Shown in pieces: positions 12,200 through 23,490 of a stretch of DNA of 64,000 nucleotides. Every line of letters starts with the position of its first letter. The first letter of the stretch is position 1. The stretch comes from Macrostomum lignano (lineage: Eukaryota): the NCBI GenBank assembly GCA_002269645.1, contig NIVC01002967.1:64323-128322 (forward strand). The letters are read 5' to 3'. The position numbers and the translations under genes are program-made. The notes below the pieces were generated by a model. The model was not told where the DNA came from, did no database searches, and saw only the letters and a list, made by a program, of their open reading frames with translations.

Positions 12200-13054
12200 A
12201 CACATGACAGACAAATATCCAGAATTTTTTCTGGACGTCCAGAAAAATTGACATGCTACTACTTAAAGTGACAATTATCATTCAAACATTCACTCCGCGC
12301 TACTTACCTTAGTATATACCTTGAAAACAACTCTTTGAAATAAAGGCTGCCTTTGTGCTCCAGTGGAGCCACCCACTCTGTGTGTCTGAGAGTCTTTTGT
12401 GTTTGCTTCATTTATTTTTTTCTAATTCTAAAAATAGACAAAAATGTGCCACGTTAAGGGGTTCTGATACATCATCAGCATTGTGAGTCAGAGCTGTTGG
12501 CTTGCAAAAGAATACCCTCGTATATGAAATTCGCCAGGATACTTTCCACTGGAAAAGATGGGTGGTAGTTTTGTTATAGCTGACTGAATATCTAAGGCAT
12601 TTCCTAGAAATATTGGTTTACTGAAGGCCATTTTATAATATATAAAATTTCCTATCGTTGAATTGGATGACACTTTCATATTGTATATACCTGAAATTGC
12701 ATTAAATTGACCCGTGAATCCAACTTTTCTCATGGTTTTAGAGTTGGAATCGTGAAAATTGCACTTTTTCAATTTTTTGAAAATCACAAAAAATCGCTGT
12801 TTTCAGACCATTTTCACCTGTTTTTAGTCAATTTTTCACTTATTTTTAGTGATTTTCAAAATGAGTGAGGGCATGAGGGCAAGGGCACCCCCCTTTTTAA
12901 AAAGTATAAAAATTCCGGAAAATCTGTGTTCTGTGAAATTCCACATGCCAATGCCCCCACATGCCCTCACCCTCAACACCCTCACTCACAGATATATGTA
13001 TATTTATGTATTTTTATATTTATCACACACCACTTGCAACTCTGACCTCCTGGT

Positions 13055-13154
13055 AGTAGTAGTATGTTATAAGGGGCTGAGTCATCCAGCGAGCTGGCGC
13101 GCAATGCGCCCGAGCAATCAAGTGTGGCGCAGCCCCTTATAACATACTACTACT
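13055..13154. mobile_element. 100-bp element with perfect 25-bp inverted termini starting AGTAGTAGT (Maverick/Polinton-type end)
   Basis: agtagtagtatgttataaggggctg (13055-13079) is the exact reverse complement of 13130-13154. No TSD is visible. Confidence 0.6.
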
Positions 13155-13479
13155 TGTACGTTAAAACATTTTATTATTATTAGTAAAACTTGTGTTGCTA
13201 GAAATCTCATTGGTATCCTGACTCAATTCTTTAACTGTAAATACCAGAATTAGGGAAAGCAGGAAACTGGTGGCAGCGAAATCTACCAATATACCCCGAA
13301 AATCCACTAAGTTCTAAAGTAGAAAAAACCAGTAAGCCTAGACTGCGAGTACCACGCTTGTCCACCTTCGTGTACACGCATTTAATAATTATTTTCAACG
13401 TAATTTCTCCAAGGCAACCCCCAAAAACTCTGCCACACGCAGCTCCTAACGAGCAAAAGCAACAGCGGCATCAGCAAGA

Positions 13480-13484
13480 TGAGC

Positions 13485-13515
<31 letters not shown>

Positions 13516-13552
13516 GCAGCAGCAGCAACAACAGCAGAAGCAGCAGCAGTAG
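13480..13552 (+). repeat. (CAA)n(CAG)n polyQ-type microsatellite in a decayed ORF
   Basis: Direct reading. The downstream frame is interrupted by TAG codons. Confidence 0.85.
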
Positions 13553-14146
13553 CGGAATGAACAGTTCTTACGAATCATGTAGGGGCTAAAAAATGGAAAC
13601 TTTGTTATACATAGATGCCAGCTGTTTGTTTAGCGCAGAAGACTAATGCAGGAGTTTACTTCGGGCGTGTCATAAGCAATGCACTGATATAAAAGCAGAC
13701 GAACTTGCAATCGTAGATAAACAAAATTGTATCAATCAACAACATCTCCCAATATCAATCACACACTGGTAGTGCTCATAGAGCTTCTCCATCTCAGCTT
13801 GTATGTTTGTCCGTCATCTGCCAGAAACACTGCAACGCGGCCTGTTTGACCATGAAAGGTTGCTTATGACATTACTTTGACACACCCGAAGTGATTCTTC
13901 GTATTCCGTAGCCGTGGGAACCGCAATATTACCATATTGTACTGGTGTGAAGCCGTCGTCATTTTCCACTCTGCTGTTGAATGGGTCGCTGGTCTTGGGT
14001 CGCTCGTTTTTTTAGAACTGGACTCTATGCTTCACTATGTTAGCACTCCGACCTTATGTACAGCTTGAGCCTTCATTACTAGTACTAAGCTAAAAGAGCA
14101 GAAGAAGCAGTGCATTAGGGAACAGTTAGCCAATAGTCAGCCGAAT

Positions 14147-14986
14147 ATGTACCACGACTCAGAGAGCGAATATGAGTACGAAGATGCGGTGCAGTTTCTG
14201 CCAGTGCAACATGAAAATAATGAGCAGTTAATGCCAGTGCAAAATCAACATAATGAGCAGTTAATGCCAGTGCAAAATCAAAGTTAGGGCAGCAGAATGG
14301 AGGAAGGCGATCCGGAAGGAAGACTAGTTGTCGGCGTATATCTGGAGGAGTTGGAAAAAGAGACTGAGAGAAAGGAGGTCGAGTTTAGGGATGAGATGGC
14401 AAGATTCATGGAGGAAATTCGGCAGCAGGAGGAAGGGGTGGATCCCATCGACGAACCGGAGGAGACGGCCACAGACCAACCGACGTGCCAGCTGGAGCAG
14501 TATCAGCCAGAGCAGTGCCAGCCAGAGCAGAGCCAGCTTGAGCCTGCATCAGATTCGCTCATAGATTATGCGACGCTGCTCAGGGTGGACTTGGGCGACA
14601 AGCCGGCCCCTGAGGAGACCAAAACCGGACGACAGGATAGCCCCGGTACACAGGCGTGGAAGTTCCGCAAGTGCCATCGCGACCTGAAACAATTTATCCT
14701 GGCCACGGGAAGAACGGGGCGGTTCGAGGCCCAGTTACCGGAGGCCTGCGTCCAGTTCCTAACCACGGCAACGCCAGAAGAGGCAATTAGGTGTTTCGAA
14801 ATCACCTGCTCGTACTGCCTACAATACGCAGAAGGGAAGGCGCGGGGTCCAACTTGCATGAGGGCGACCGCCGAACAGCTCGAATTTATCGCCAGTCGGT
14901 TCGACCCCGTCCGCCAACTAATCCCAGTAAACGGACTACTTTACCTGTCTGCTCAGAATACTTTAAATCTCAGGCCAGTTAATTAA
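14147..14986 (+). CDS. Unknown acidic protein, possibly a pseudogene (in-frame TAG at ~14284 separates an MYHDSESEY… leader from ORF 14297-14986)
   Basis: 229-aa ORF with protein-like composition and a 36-bp duplication in the leader. No recognisable domain. Confidence 0.35.
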
Positions 14987-15177
14987 GTAGACTAGGAAAC
15001 CCAATCAAATAATAACCCTTCCAAGCAACATTATTAACACATGCTCGATGCCATCATATTTTCACATTTTACCATCCTTTGGAACATCTTCAAATCCGAT
15101 GGTCAGCGTGGCTGACCATGCATCACTTTAGCTAAAATCCAACTCTTTATGGCCATAGACTTAACTTTTGTCTTCAC

Positions 15178-17626
15178 TTAACAGCATATCGCGAAAACCC
15201 ATATGGTCAGCTTGGCTGACCATGGCTGTAAGTAGTCTATATGAAGTATAATAACGAGAAAACATGCATTCAAGCATGTCAAAAACTCAAAAATATCGTC
15301 AAAAATATCAAAAACATGAAAAAATTTTCACAAAAAACATGAATTACTAAAATTCCTTTTCTCACTCTGCTAAACGGGTGAAAGAGCATAGCTCGAAGCT
15401 GTCTGCTCAATCGCACCTGAATAGTAGGGTGCTGAACTAGTAAATAACGTTCTGTTTTCGACTTTTTGAAACTTTTTCAAGTTCTTAGTAGTTAAAACTT
15501 TGAAATGGTCTCAATATTTTGAATTTCTAGCTTCCAGATGTAGCATTGCTTTGAGTTCTTTTCTAATAAATTTTGCAAAAGATCCAGTAAATGTAGCTTT
15601 ACTTCTGTTGCTATTACACTACCTAACTTTTATGCAATGTGAGGCAAGACAATAACAGGTAGTCGGCAGGAGTAAAACGAACAACTCTCCTCTCAGCCTA
15701 CGAGTGCCAGGCTCGAAAGCAGTCAGGGATGCACAAGCCGGGCTGACCCGGGCACTGCTGACAGACGAAGACGGTACGTTTGGTGATGCCATTGCGATAG
15801 CAGACTCTGCAGCGACGTGTTACTGGGCAAGTGAACAGCATCGGCAACAGGACGCGATGGGTGGACGCACCGTCTTTTTCCAGGCCCTGAGCTGTCTATC
15901 AGGGCAACGATCAGTTGTTCCATGAACTTCAGAAAAGTCAGTGAGCCGCCGGAGTGCCGGAACAAAATCCAGGCATTTTGCGACAGCTGCAATAGGAAAT
16001 GAATTCCGAGCTTCTGGTGCCAGCGGTACATCTTTCTGCTTGGGTGGTAGGGCTGCAGCGCAGAGTCAAGGCGGTCGACACCACCCATGGACTTTGAGTA
16101 GTCCGTCACAGTCACCGGCTTTCGAACAACCTCCATTTGTCCACCTCGTCTGTACCGTTGTCGCGCAGTGCTCTGGGCCGTACCGAAGGTGTCAAGCAGG
16201 TAGACTGTCTTAATACCGCTTGCTTTTCTGTCTGTCAGCTTCACTGCCAAAACATCACCGCTTCGCATGTAGCAGTGGGATGGAGGCACTGCTGGCATCT
16301 GCCGGAGCTCGACTGGAATGCCGCGGTCACAGCGAACGGTGCCTGTTAGTAAGGTACTGTGAGCTAGTAGAAACTCGGCCAGTCGTCGGGAGGAGAAATA
16401 ACTGCCAACAAACACCCTGTAGCCAAGATTTAGCAGGTCCTTCGAAGCTCCACCACTATTCGCTCGCTGATGGACAGGTTGTAGTCGACGAATTCGCTGC
16501 CAAACTTGCTGTTTTCCTCAGCTGTCGAATGAACGAGGACGCTCCATAAGTAACCGGTCTTGGAGTCACAAAGACAATAGGCCTTAATTCCATATCTAGC
16601 CCGCTTGCTGGGAATATACTGTTTGAACGCTAGTCGTCCTTTGTGCTGAACAAGCTCCTCGTCAACAGCGATGTCCCTGTCAGGCTGAAAATTCTGCTGA
16701 CAAACTTCCTTTACTGAGTTCAAGAACGGGCGGATTTTGCGAAGCGGATCGTCATTGTCACCAACGCGACAGTCGTAGAACCTCAGAAAAGATAAGATTT
16801 GTTGGAACCGGTTTCGAGACAGGCAGTTTTCACTCAGGAACAACTGGTTGTCATAAAACTTTCCAGTGGCCCAGTAGTTTTTTATCTCTGGCTTGCGCAC
16901 GATTCCCATGTAAAATATTATTGCGATGGTCTTTTTTATCTCATCATCTGCACAGTCTCTCCAATCGGTCAATCTCGGTGGCAGCTGCTGGTCATCCTCT
17001 TCGTTCTCAAAGATTCGCAGCTCCTCCCATGCGCGAGCATTGGTGAATTCTTTCAAATGACTAATAATGTCCTTCGTGAATAAGTTGAAAAAGAGTAACG
17101 GCTCATTTGCTGGTGCTTGAACACCAGGATTCATACCGTGGACTCCGAGAAACTCGGGAAGCTGCCCAGCTCTGTCATCTTCTCCGTCGTTGACAATTGT
17201 CCATTCGTTTTCCTCATCCTTCATCTCCAAGGTTGGCTCCTCAATTACTTCAAAAACTGAGTCCTGATCTGACTCAGTCGATGAGCTGTTGGACTCGTCG
17301 CTTGTAAGAAGTTGATGAAGACTCATTATTACTTATCCGTCGAAATAGCAAATTATATGACAATTCTTCTTAAAATGAAGAGGCAAACAATCTAGATTGA
17401 ATGTAAAGGAGAAAAATCTTTCTAGGGATAGTGACTTAGTAGGTACGAGGAAGGAAGGGCAGAAGCAGTCCACAGTGATAGGTTCTATGGCTGAAACCCC
17501 AAAGCAGGTCACAGAGTGTTCCAAACACACTCTCTCAAGTAACGGGTTTTGGCGATGTTAAAGCAGCACTATAATTTTACATAGCAGTAGTCTATGGTCA
17601 GCCTGACCATACGGGTTTTCGCTTAA
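15178..17626 (-). mobile_element. piggyBac (PGBD4-like) transposon, inactive. Transposase remnant at 17326-15698
   Basis: DDE_Tnp_1_7 motifs LSRNRFQQILSFLRF, AVDEELV, QYIPSKRARYGIK and MGGVDRLD, plus a Cys-rich tail CRVC..VFVCQQC..LC..CF. Frameshifts near 16440 and 15815; DNY changed to GSY. Inverted ends gcgaaaaccc(a/g)tatggtcag at 15191 and 17622, with TTAA at 15178 and 17623. Confidence 0.9.
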
Positions 17627-17649
17627 TGTAGAGAAAATGCGCGGTCCAA

Positions 17650-17900
17650 ATTATTTGTTCACTTATAATCTGCCCATTACATGCCCTTTGGACTGTACAG
17701 TTAACATTTTTGTTCACTTATAATCTGCCCATGACATGCCCTTTGGACTGTACAGTTAACATTTGTTCACTTATAAAGCTGTTGTGTGAGTTAAAAATAC
17801 ACCAGACCCTGAAGATGGTCATTGTTGGGCCGAAACGCGTCAGAAGAAAGAATTTACTATAATCTATATTGATTTCAACTTTTGTAATTGTAATTTTTTC
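17650..17900 (+). mobile_element. Penelope-like pLTR remnant with a ~54-bp tandem repeat and a hammerhead-like motif
   Basis: CTGAAGA-t-ggtc-attgttg-ggcc-GAAAC-GCGTC at 17809-17841. The downstream atattgattt is shared with the Penelope remnant at 31.0 kb. Confidence 0.6.
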
Positions 17901-17989
17901 TTACATTCTCTCAATGATGAACGTCAATACAAGCTCTTCACCATTGAAATCAACACCCATCACATCCCTGATTGCAGCGCATGGGCATT

Positions 17990-18215
17990 TTGGCGGACGG
18001 CGTCCGGCGCGGATCAGCCTGCGCGGCGCAGCATTGGTGCGGCGCGGCGCGATGTGGCGTGGCGCAACTGGGAGGTGCGGCGCGGTGGGGGGTGCAGCGC
18101 GGTGGCGAGGTGCGGCGCGGTGGGAGGCGCGGCGCAGTGGGAGGTGCAGCGCGGCGGGAGGCACGGCACGGCAAGGAGGCACTGTGCAGTGGGAGAGGTG
18201 CGGCGCGGTGTGTCG
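17990..18215. repeat. GC-rich (CGGCG/GCGGC)-type low-complexity repeat
   Basis: Direct reading. It explains the overlapping Arg/Ala/Gly-rich ORFs. Confidence 0.85.
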
Positions 18216-18224
18216 GAAGTTGCA

Positions 18225-18331
18225 GCACCGTGCTGCTGCTCACGGTGCAGGCACCCTACCGGCGAGGACAGGCGCGTACTCAACGCTACATCGACTGCCT
18301 GCTGACTGATGCTGTAACGGAATCAGAATGA
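18225..18331 (+). mobile_element. 3' fragment of an RTE-like LINE
   Basis: VLLLTVQAPYRRGQARTQRY..LLTDA matches the 3' end of the RTE fragment at 57.8 kb at nucleotide level (caggcaccctacc..cgagga/aagacag). Confidence 0.6.
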
Positions 18332-18504
18332 ATCGTAGAGCAAAGGCGGTGGTTTTTGGTCGTTCATTAATCGTATGATTGAGCGACGAGAAGGAAAGGA
18401 AAAGAGCCTTGGAGGTTGCACGCCTTGGCTACGTGTATTTATAGTGTCCAACGGAAACTTCTGGAAAGTTCTATTGAATTATAACAAAGTTAACATTCGG
18501 GAAT

Positions 18505-20278
18505 GAATATGATGAAGTTGACCTGGCCTTTTTTGACGTCGTGTGGGATCCGCCGCACTGGTTAGACCTCATGGTACGTGATGTGCTGCGGTTGAGCCCA
18601 GCAATGCAGCGCACTGTAGCCGCCCTTCGCTGGCTACACAAAAAGTTGCAGCGCGGCAAGATGACCGTGGCAGCCGACCAATTTGCGGCCATGTTGGAAG
18701 ATCGCAAGGCGCGAAAGACGCAGTCCTTCAGCGCCACGCGCTTTGCGTCTTCAAACTTTGCAGTGGTCGAGAAGACCGTGTCGGAGCTGCCCATTTGGTT
18801 GGCAACCCTTTCCGGGACCAGCCGCCGACTGTCGAGAAAAGATCGCGACCGCCTGGCCTACCTGCAGTCGGCCCCATGCATAGTTGAGCTGCTCGTGCTG
18901 CATGATGTGCTAAAGCCGATTTGCGCAGTCATGCTGCGTGGGCAAAATCTTCAGCTGCCCGGTTGGCACGTAATCGGCGACCTGTCGGCACTGGCTGTTA
19001 CGCTGGAGCAAATAAAGATAGGAATGCAGGGCCTGAACCAGCCCGACGCGAATCACGGCAATCAGTTGCACTTACACTACATCGGCCCATCGGCCGTCAC
19101 CTGCAAGAGCTGCGGAATGGTCGCTTCCGTAGCCTGGAGGTTACCACTTCGGCGGTCATTCCATTCCCCACCACTGGCAACGACGTCGACGGCGAAGAGT
19201 CGGCAGATTCGGATACAGAGTCCACCGACTCCGAGGACGCTGCGGACGCAGGTAAGTGAGGCAGTGTGTGGCACTGTGGTGTATTACTGTAATGATTAAA
19301 TTTTTACCGTAAATTTTCCGATTCGACCGCAACTTCCAGGCTCCCATGATGAAGGCCAGTCTTGCGAATCTTGCGACCACACGGTGGAAGCAGCCCTCAA
19401 GGCGTCGCTGGCCATGGTGAACAGACTTTGCGAGTCTTTAAGCCGCCGGAGCTCGGAATCCGTGCCGAATTTTCTTCACCTGTTAGAGGCGTCTTTCGGG
19501 CTCCACGGCTACCTGCGAGCACTTTGCGGCAGTCGGCGGCAAGGAATGGTGCGGCTGCGCTTCGAAGGGGCCTTCCTTGTCCACGGCCAGCAGGCCTTCT
19601 GCGCAGCGGTCGGCGCAGCAAGAACAAGGCAATGCATTCGCGAGCTGCTGGCCGACTCCAACGCACTGCAGCTCCATCGGGCCTGGCGTGACGCCCTGTG
19701 GGCCATAGTCTGGGAAGATGACGCTGCTGCCAGGTGCTGCCGGCAGGTGAAAAAAGATATATTATTATATTTTGGTTTTTTAAATTGTTTTGAATTCCGA
19801 TCTAGTCTCAGCTCAGCTTTACTACATCTCACAGGCAATATTCGGCACAGATTGCCCAGATGACCGCGTAATGATGATGTCGGCCTCATCAGATTCCTCC
19901 GAGTCCGACTTCATGGTAGATTTCGGCGATGGTCCAGTGCCTTTACGAGTTAGTGAAGGAGCGTTCTGTGCTGCTATTTATCGAGAGCCCGCCGTCTACG
20001 AAAAATTTGGGACGAAGCTGTGCGCCCTATACGACTGGGCATTGGCGAAGCGCGGTCCCGAGGCAATCGTTGAGAGCGTCTACACCAGCATGAAGCGCCA
20101 GTGCCAGCAGGGCGCCATTCAGCTGGACGAGACGCTGGAGCTGCGGGCAAGGCTGGCGTGGCATTTGCCGCCGTCCGTCAGTTCAATGCCACAGACAGTG
20201 ACTGCGATAGCCAAGGAGTGGCTGCGAAAAGCTAGTGGCGTTTTTCGTAAGACACCGGCAATCAGTGCAGCTACTTAA
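18505..20278 (+). pseudogene. hAT-superfamily (ZNF862-like) transposase remnant with introns: exons ~18505-19251, 19340-19746, 19835-20278
   Basis: WDPPHWLDL (C/WxxH motif), SATRFA (TRW-like) and the C-terminal dimerisation-like PEAIVESVYTSMK..ETLELRARLAWHLP. GT-AG introns preserve the frame. Frameshift near 19070. The 5' catalytic part is missing. Confidence 0.65.
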
Positions 20279-20289
20279 GTCTGGCGTAC

Positions 20290-20930
20290 TTAAGCCATGC
20301 GCTGCAATAGGGATCACATCTTCAGTCTGGAACTGTAGCACAATCTCGTGAATCTCCTTATTACTCGTTTCGCTTTCCCTTAATATTCGTTCGCTTTCCC
20401 GTAAAAAAACCCAATCAAGACTGAGATTACTTCTGATTCGAATATTCAAACCTTTTACAATGTCTGCAATATTGGGTGCTAAGAACAAACCGCTTACACT
20501 TTCCCGGGCCATGCTAACAACCCACGATGATTCTGGCGCTTCAGTTCCAGTCCGCGCCGTGGATTCTACCCTAAGCTTTCTGCTCAAATCCCAATTCCCT
20601 ATACCAAGTGTCATCTTTAAACTCAACCTCCGCATCTTTGTGAACTCTCATTACAGTGAGATCATAGGCTAGTTTGACAGGGAACAGTTCTGGCCTACTC
20701 AGATCAGGTGTCTTAAAATGGCCTCTTTTAGTAAAGACGTTTTCTAGAAAGTAATTGTAAATATCCACACTTTGCGTGCTCACAGGGAATACCACAGCTT
20801 CTGCTGCCACACCTTTCCATTTGTAATAAAACTTATTATTTGCTGCCGTCACATTAAGAACGTTTGACCAACCAGTGAATCTTATTTCGCAAGGATCAAT
20901 ACCCCCGAAGACGTTGCAAAAACAGTTCAT
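20290..20930 (-). pseudogene. Minor capsid protein (penton), frameshifted near 20600
   Basis: NVTAANNKFYY…VFPVSTQSVDIYNYF…VEFKDDTWYRELGF…APNIADIV..IRSNL…IHEIVLQFQTEDVIPI follows the Maverick/adintovirus penton pattern. Confidence 0.75.
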
Positions 20931-21589
20931 TTTCCTTATATTGCGGCTCGTCTTCTTGAAGAAATACTTCCATATTTATCCTTCTTAAGTCAGATTTTCT
21001 GTGGCTGGATGTGGGGGGGGGTATAAGTTTACTTCTTTGTTTCTGTTTCAATGCAACAATGCGTTCCTTGAGAGTCGAAAGAGACGGCATGTTTTGGCAG
21101 AAGAGACATGCACAATTCTTCCTTGAATTTAATAAAGAAGACTATAGAAAGTTCTAGAAGAAAAAATTGCTGTCATGACTATTTTTAAATATTCATAGAG
21201 GCAAACTAGGCGGACCAAATTCCGAGGCTGAGGCCGAATAGGCAGGCCAACTGGCCTCGCAATTTGGCCAATAATCAATATCAGTCAAGGAGAGAATCCC
21301 AACATACACAGTCCATGCATGCTAATGGCGGCGAAGCGGTTGATTTTTTCCTTTTCTGCTTTTCTGGGAGAATGAGAGAATCCCTATTGTGCGCAACTCT
21401 TTAGGGAATAAAAAACTGTCCTTACTCAAATCCACACTTGGCACCCCCCCCCCAACATATTCTCCATCTGCTCAACTAAGCATAATTTGTACACTGCTTA
21501 AAAAAGCATTTGCACATAGCAGGCTACAACAGCGACAGCTATGTTTAAGCAGCTCACATTCTCTCAATGATCAACATCAATACAAACTC

Positions 21590-22156
21590 TTCACTGTTGC
21601 AGCAGTCTGCCTGTTTTTTTACTGGGCGCGTGCAATAGAAAACCTAACCTTTCTCCCAAACACCCCTCCAATCCAAAAAAATGAGCCCTATTTTTTGGCT
21701 TGAATAATTCTGCTCTTTCAACCCCCAGCTCTCTCAGCAGTCTTCCTAGTTCTTCATTAGGAGCATGCAATACAAAACCCACCCCTTCTCCCAACAGCCG
21801 CCAATCCCCAATCCCAGATTTGTCCCACGAAAAATAACAGCTTTAACTAGCTTCCGAGTGATCGATTCCATCCACCCGCTTGAAGTCCCCATATTGTCTA
21901 GTCTCCTAAGCATTTCTTTGTCCCAGCAATTCTTCTCTGAAAAATCCCTATACTTAACGTCGTGCCACATGCAGACAGAGTCTAGCTTGTTCACCGGCTC
22001 ATGCCCAGGATTTTGATTATTGTTTTTATCTAACTGAATTTCAAGCGGATTCAAAGACTCGCAATATTTGTAGCTGGGAATTGTCCAGCCTTCGTTTGGA
22101 TGAGGAAGCTTTTCTATCAGTCCATGTGAATCTAAGTTACCACCAGAGCGTTGCAT
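21590..22156 (-). pseudogene. PLA2X (parvovirus VP1-like phospholipase A2) protein
   Basis: GGNLDSHGLIEKLPHP..GWTIPSYKYC..LNPL..QL…PVNKLDSVCMWHDVKY…WDKEML..LD…LGLG. The His-Asp catalytic dyad is retained, but the Ca-loop (YxGP) is degraded to YCES. Confidence 0.8.
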
Positions 22157-22180
22157 TTTATTAAAAATCTTCTTTAAAAA

Positions 22181-23036
22181 ATGACAGAGCAGAGACTTTA
22201 AAAGCTCTACTACAGCAACAAAGCATTCTTTTTAGGAAAAAATGCAGTCACCAAACTCGCAGAACTAAGTAATGAATCAAAGCAAATAGTTAAAAGATGG
22301 CTTTCCAAGCAAGCAGTCTACCAAGAAGTCTACTTCCTACCTCTTCAATTTACAACACCTCACTTTAGCATTATAAACCTAATGAGGCGTACCAAGCAGA
22401 TCTTGTTTCTCCCCAATGACTGAGGCTACAAGTATGCTCTCATAGTTATATACATTGCCTCCAGATATAAGGAAGCGAGACTACTCAAGACAAAGAAGTC
22501 AGAAGCAGTTGCAGCTGCCCTCCAAGAAATTAAAACTCTCCGCTCACATACCCCCAAACCTTTATGACTGATCCTAGAAAATAATTCATGGGTGCAGTCA
22601 AATCTCTTTTGGAAAAAACAATACGAAAATGTGCTACAGAAGAACTGAGCTCTACAGAGACCAGGCTTTTGTGGAAAGATCCTATACCAAGTGGACAGAA
22701 AGACTCCCCACTGAAATAAATCAACTGAACAATGAAGCATCTCAAGTGACAAACCTGAAACCAATTACTGCCATCAAACAAGACACAGTTAAATCAAAAC
22801 ATCAGATAGGAATATATTCTCCAGAAATTCTTACTTACTCTGAATTCGTTCGCCTCCTTTACTTACCAGGAGAGCTAGAAAAGGACACAAAGAGAAGAGC
22901 AACATACCCATACTTAAGTCTTGATGTACATAAGATAGATAGGAATTTCACATCAGCATCCAGTGATTACTATTTTCTATCCCAAGCCTTAAATTCAAAA
23001 GCCCCACATGATCATTCACAAAGGCTGAGCTTCTAG
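22181..23036 (+). pseudogene. Maverick/adintovirus retroviral-like integrase, multiply disrupted
   Basis: WLSKQAVYQ…PNEAYQADL…YKYAL.VI.IASRYKEA..LKTKKSEAVA…MTDP…RDQAFVER…VRLLYLPGELE..KRRAT. The D-D-E residues are readable across stops and frameshifts. Confidence 0.85.
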
Positions 23037-23078
23037 TAATTCCACATGATACAGAAATAAATACTTTTTTTAAATAAA

Positions 23079-23490
23079 ATGATTGAAACCAGATCCGTGA
23101 ATAAAATCAACAGAATTATCGAATCAAAGAAGCCAGGTGTTGTGTCAATTAAAGGTGTTAATGTCAAAGTAGATCCAACACATAATATCACTGATGAGAA
23201 GACTGGCAAGATTCTTCCTTTGGCAACTCTAATCCCCATCCTAGTAGGCGCTCTTGGTTCCGCAGGAGGTGTAGCCAGCAGAGTTGCATCAGCTGTGAAG
23301 GCTTCCAATGACAGTGCACATCAATGAGAGATGGAGAAAATTGCTAGAAAAAAAGGAGTGAGAATTGGAGAAGGAATGGGTAGTTGTCCATCAGTTGATG
23401 AATCTGTTGACGAAATTAGCAAATCAGAAATTGTTAAAGCCATCATGACACTGCATAAAGCAGGATTTACAATATTTTGGATGTGAATAC
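23079..23490 (+). pseudogene. Small Maverick-type protein with an amphipathic Gly/Ala-rich segment (premature stop at 23325)
   Basis: ILPLATLIPILVGALGSAGGVASRVASAV…Q*EMEKIA resembles the conserved small core/membrane-active protein of Mavericks. The frame continues to ~23490. Confidence 0.5.

Larger units (their letters stand above)
20285..23490. mobile_element. Decayed endogenous adintovirus / Maverick (Polinton) fragment
   Basis: Cluster of penton, PLA2X, rve integrase and a small hydrophobic-protein remnant in a compact, intronless, AT-rich arrangement. Confidence 0.85.

Noticed and set aside
15178-17626. Teratorn-like piggyBac-virus fusion linking the piggyBac to the viral genes
   Set aside because: The piggyBac has its own closely spaced ends and no herpesvirus-type genes are seen.
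17869-18331. Overlapping Arg/Ala/Gly-rich ORFs
   Set aside because: They come from a GC-rich simple repeat plus an RTE fragment.
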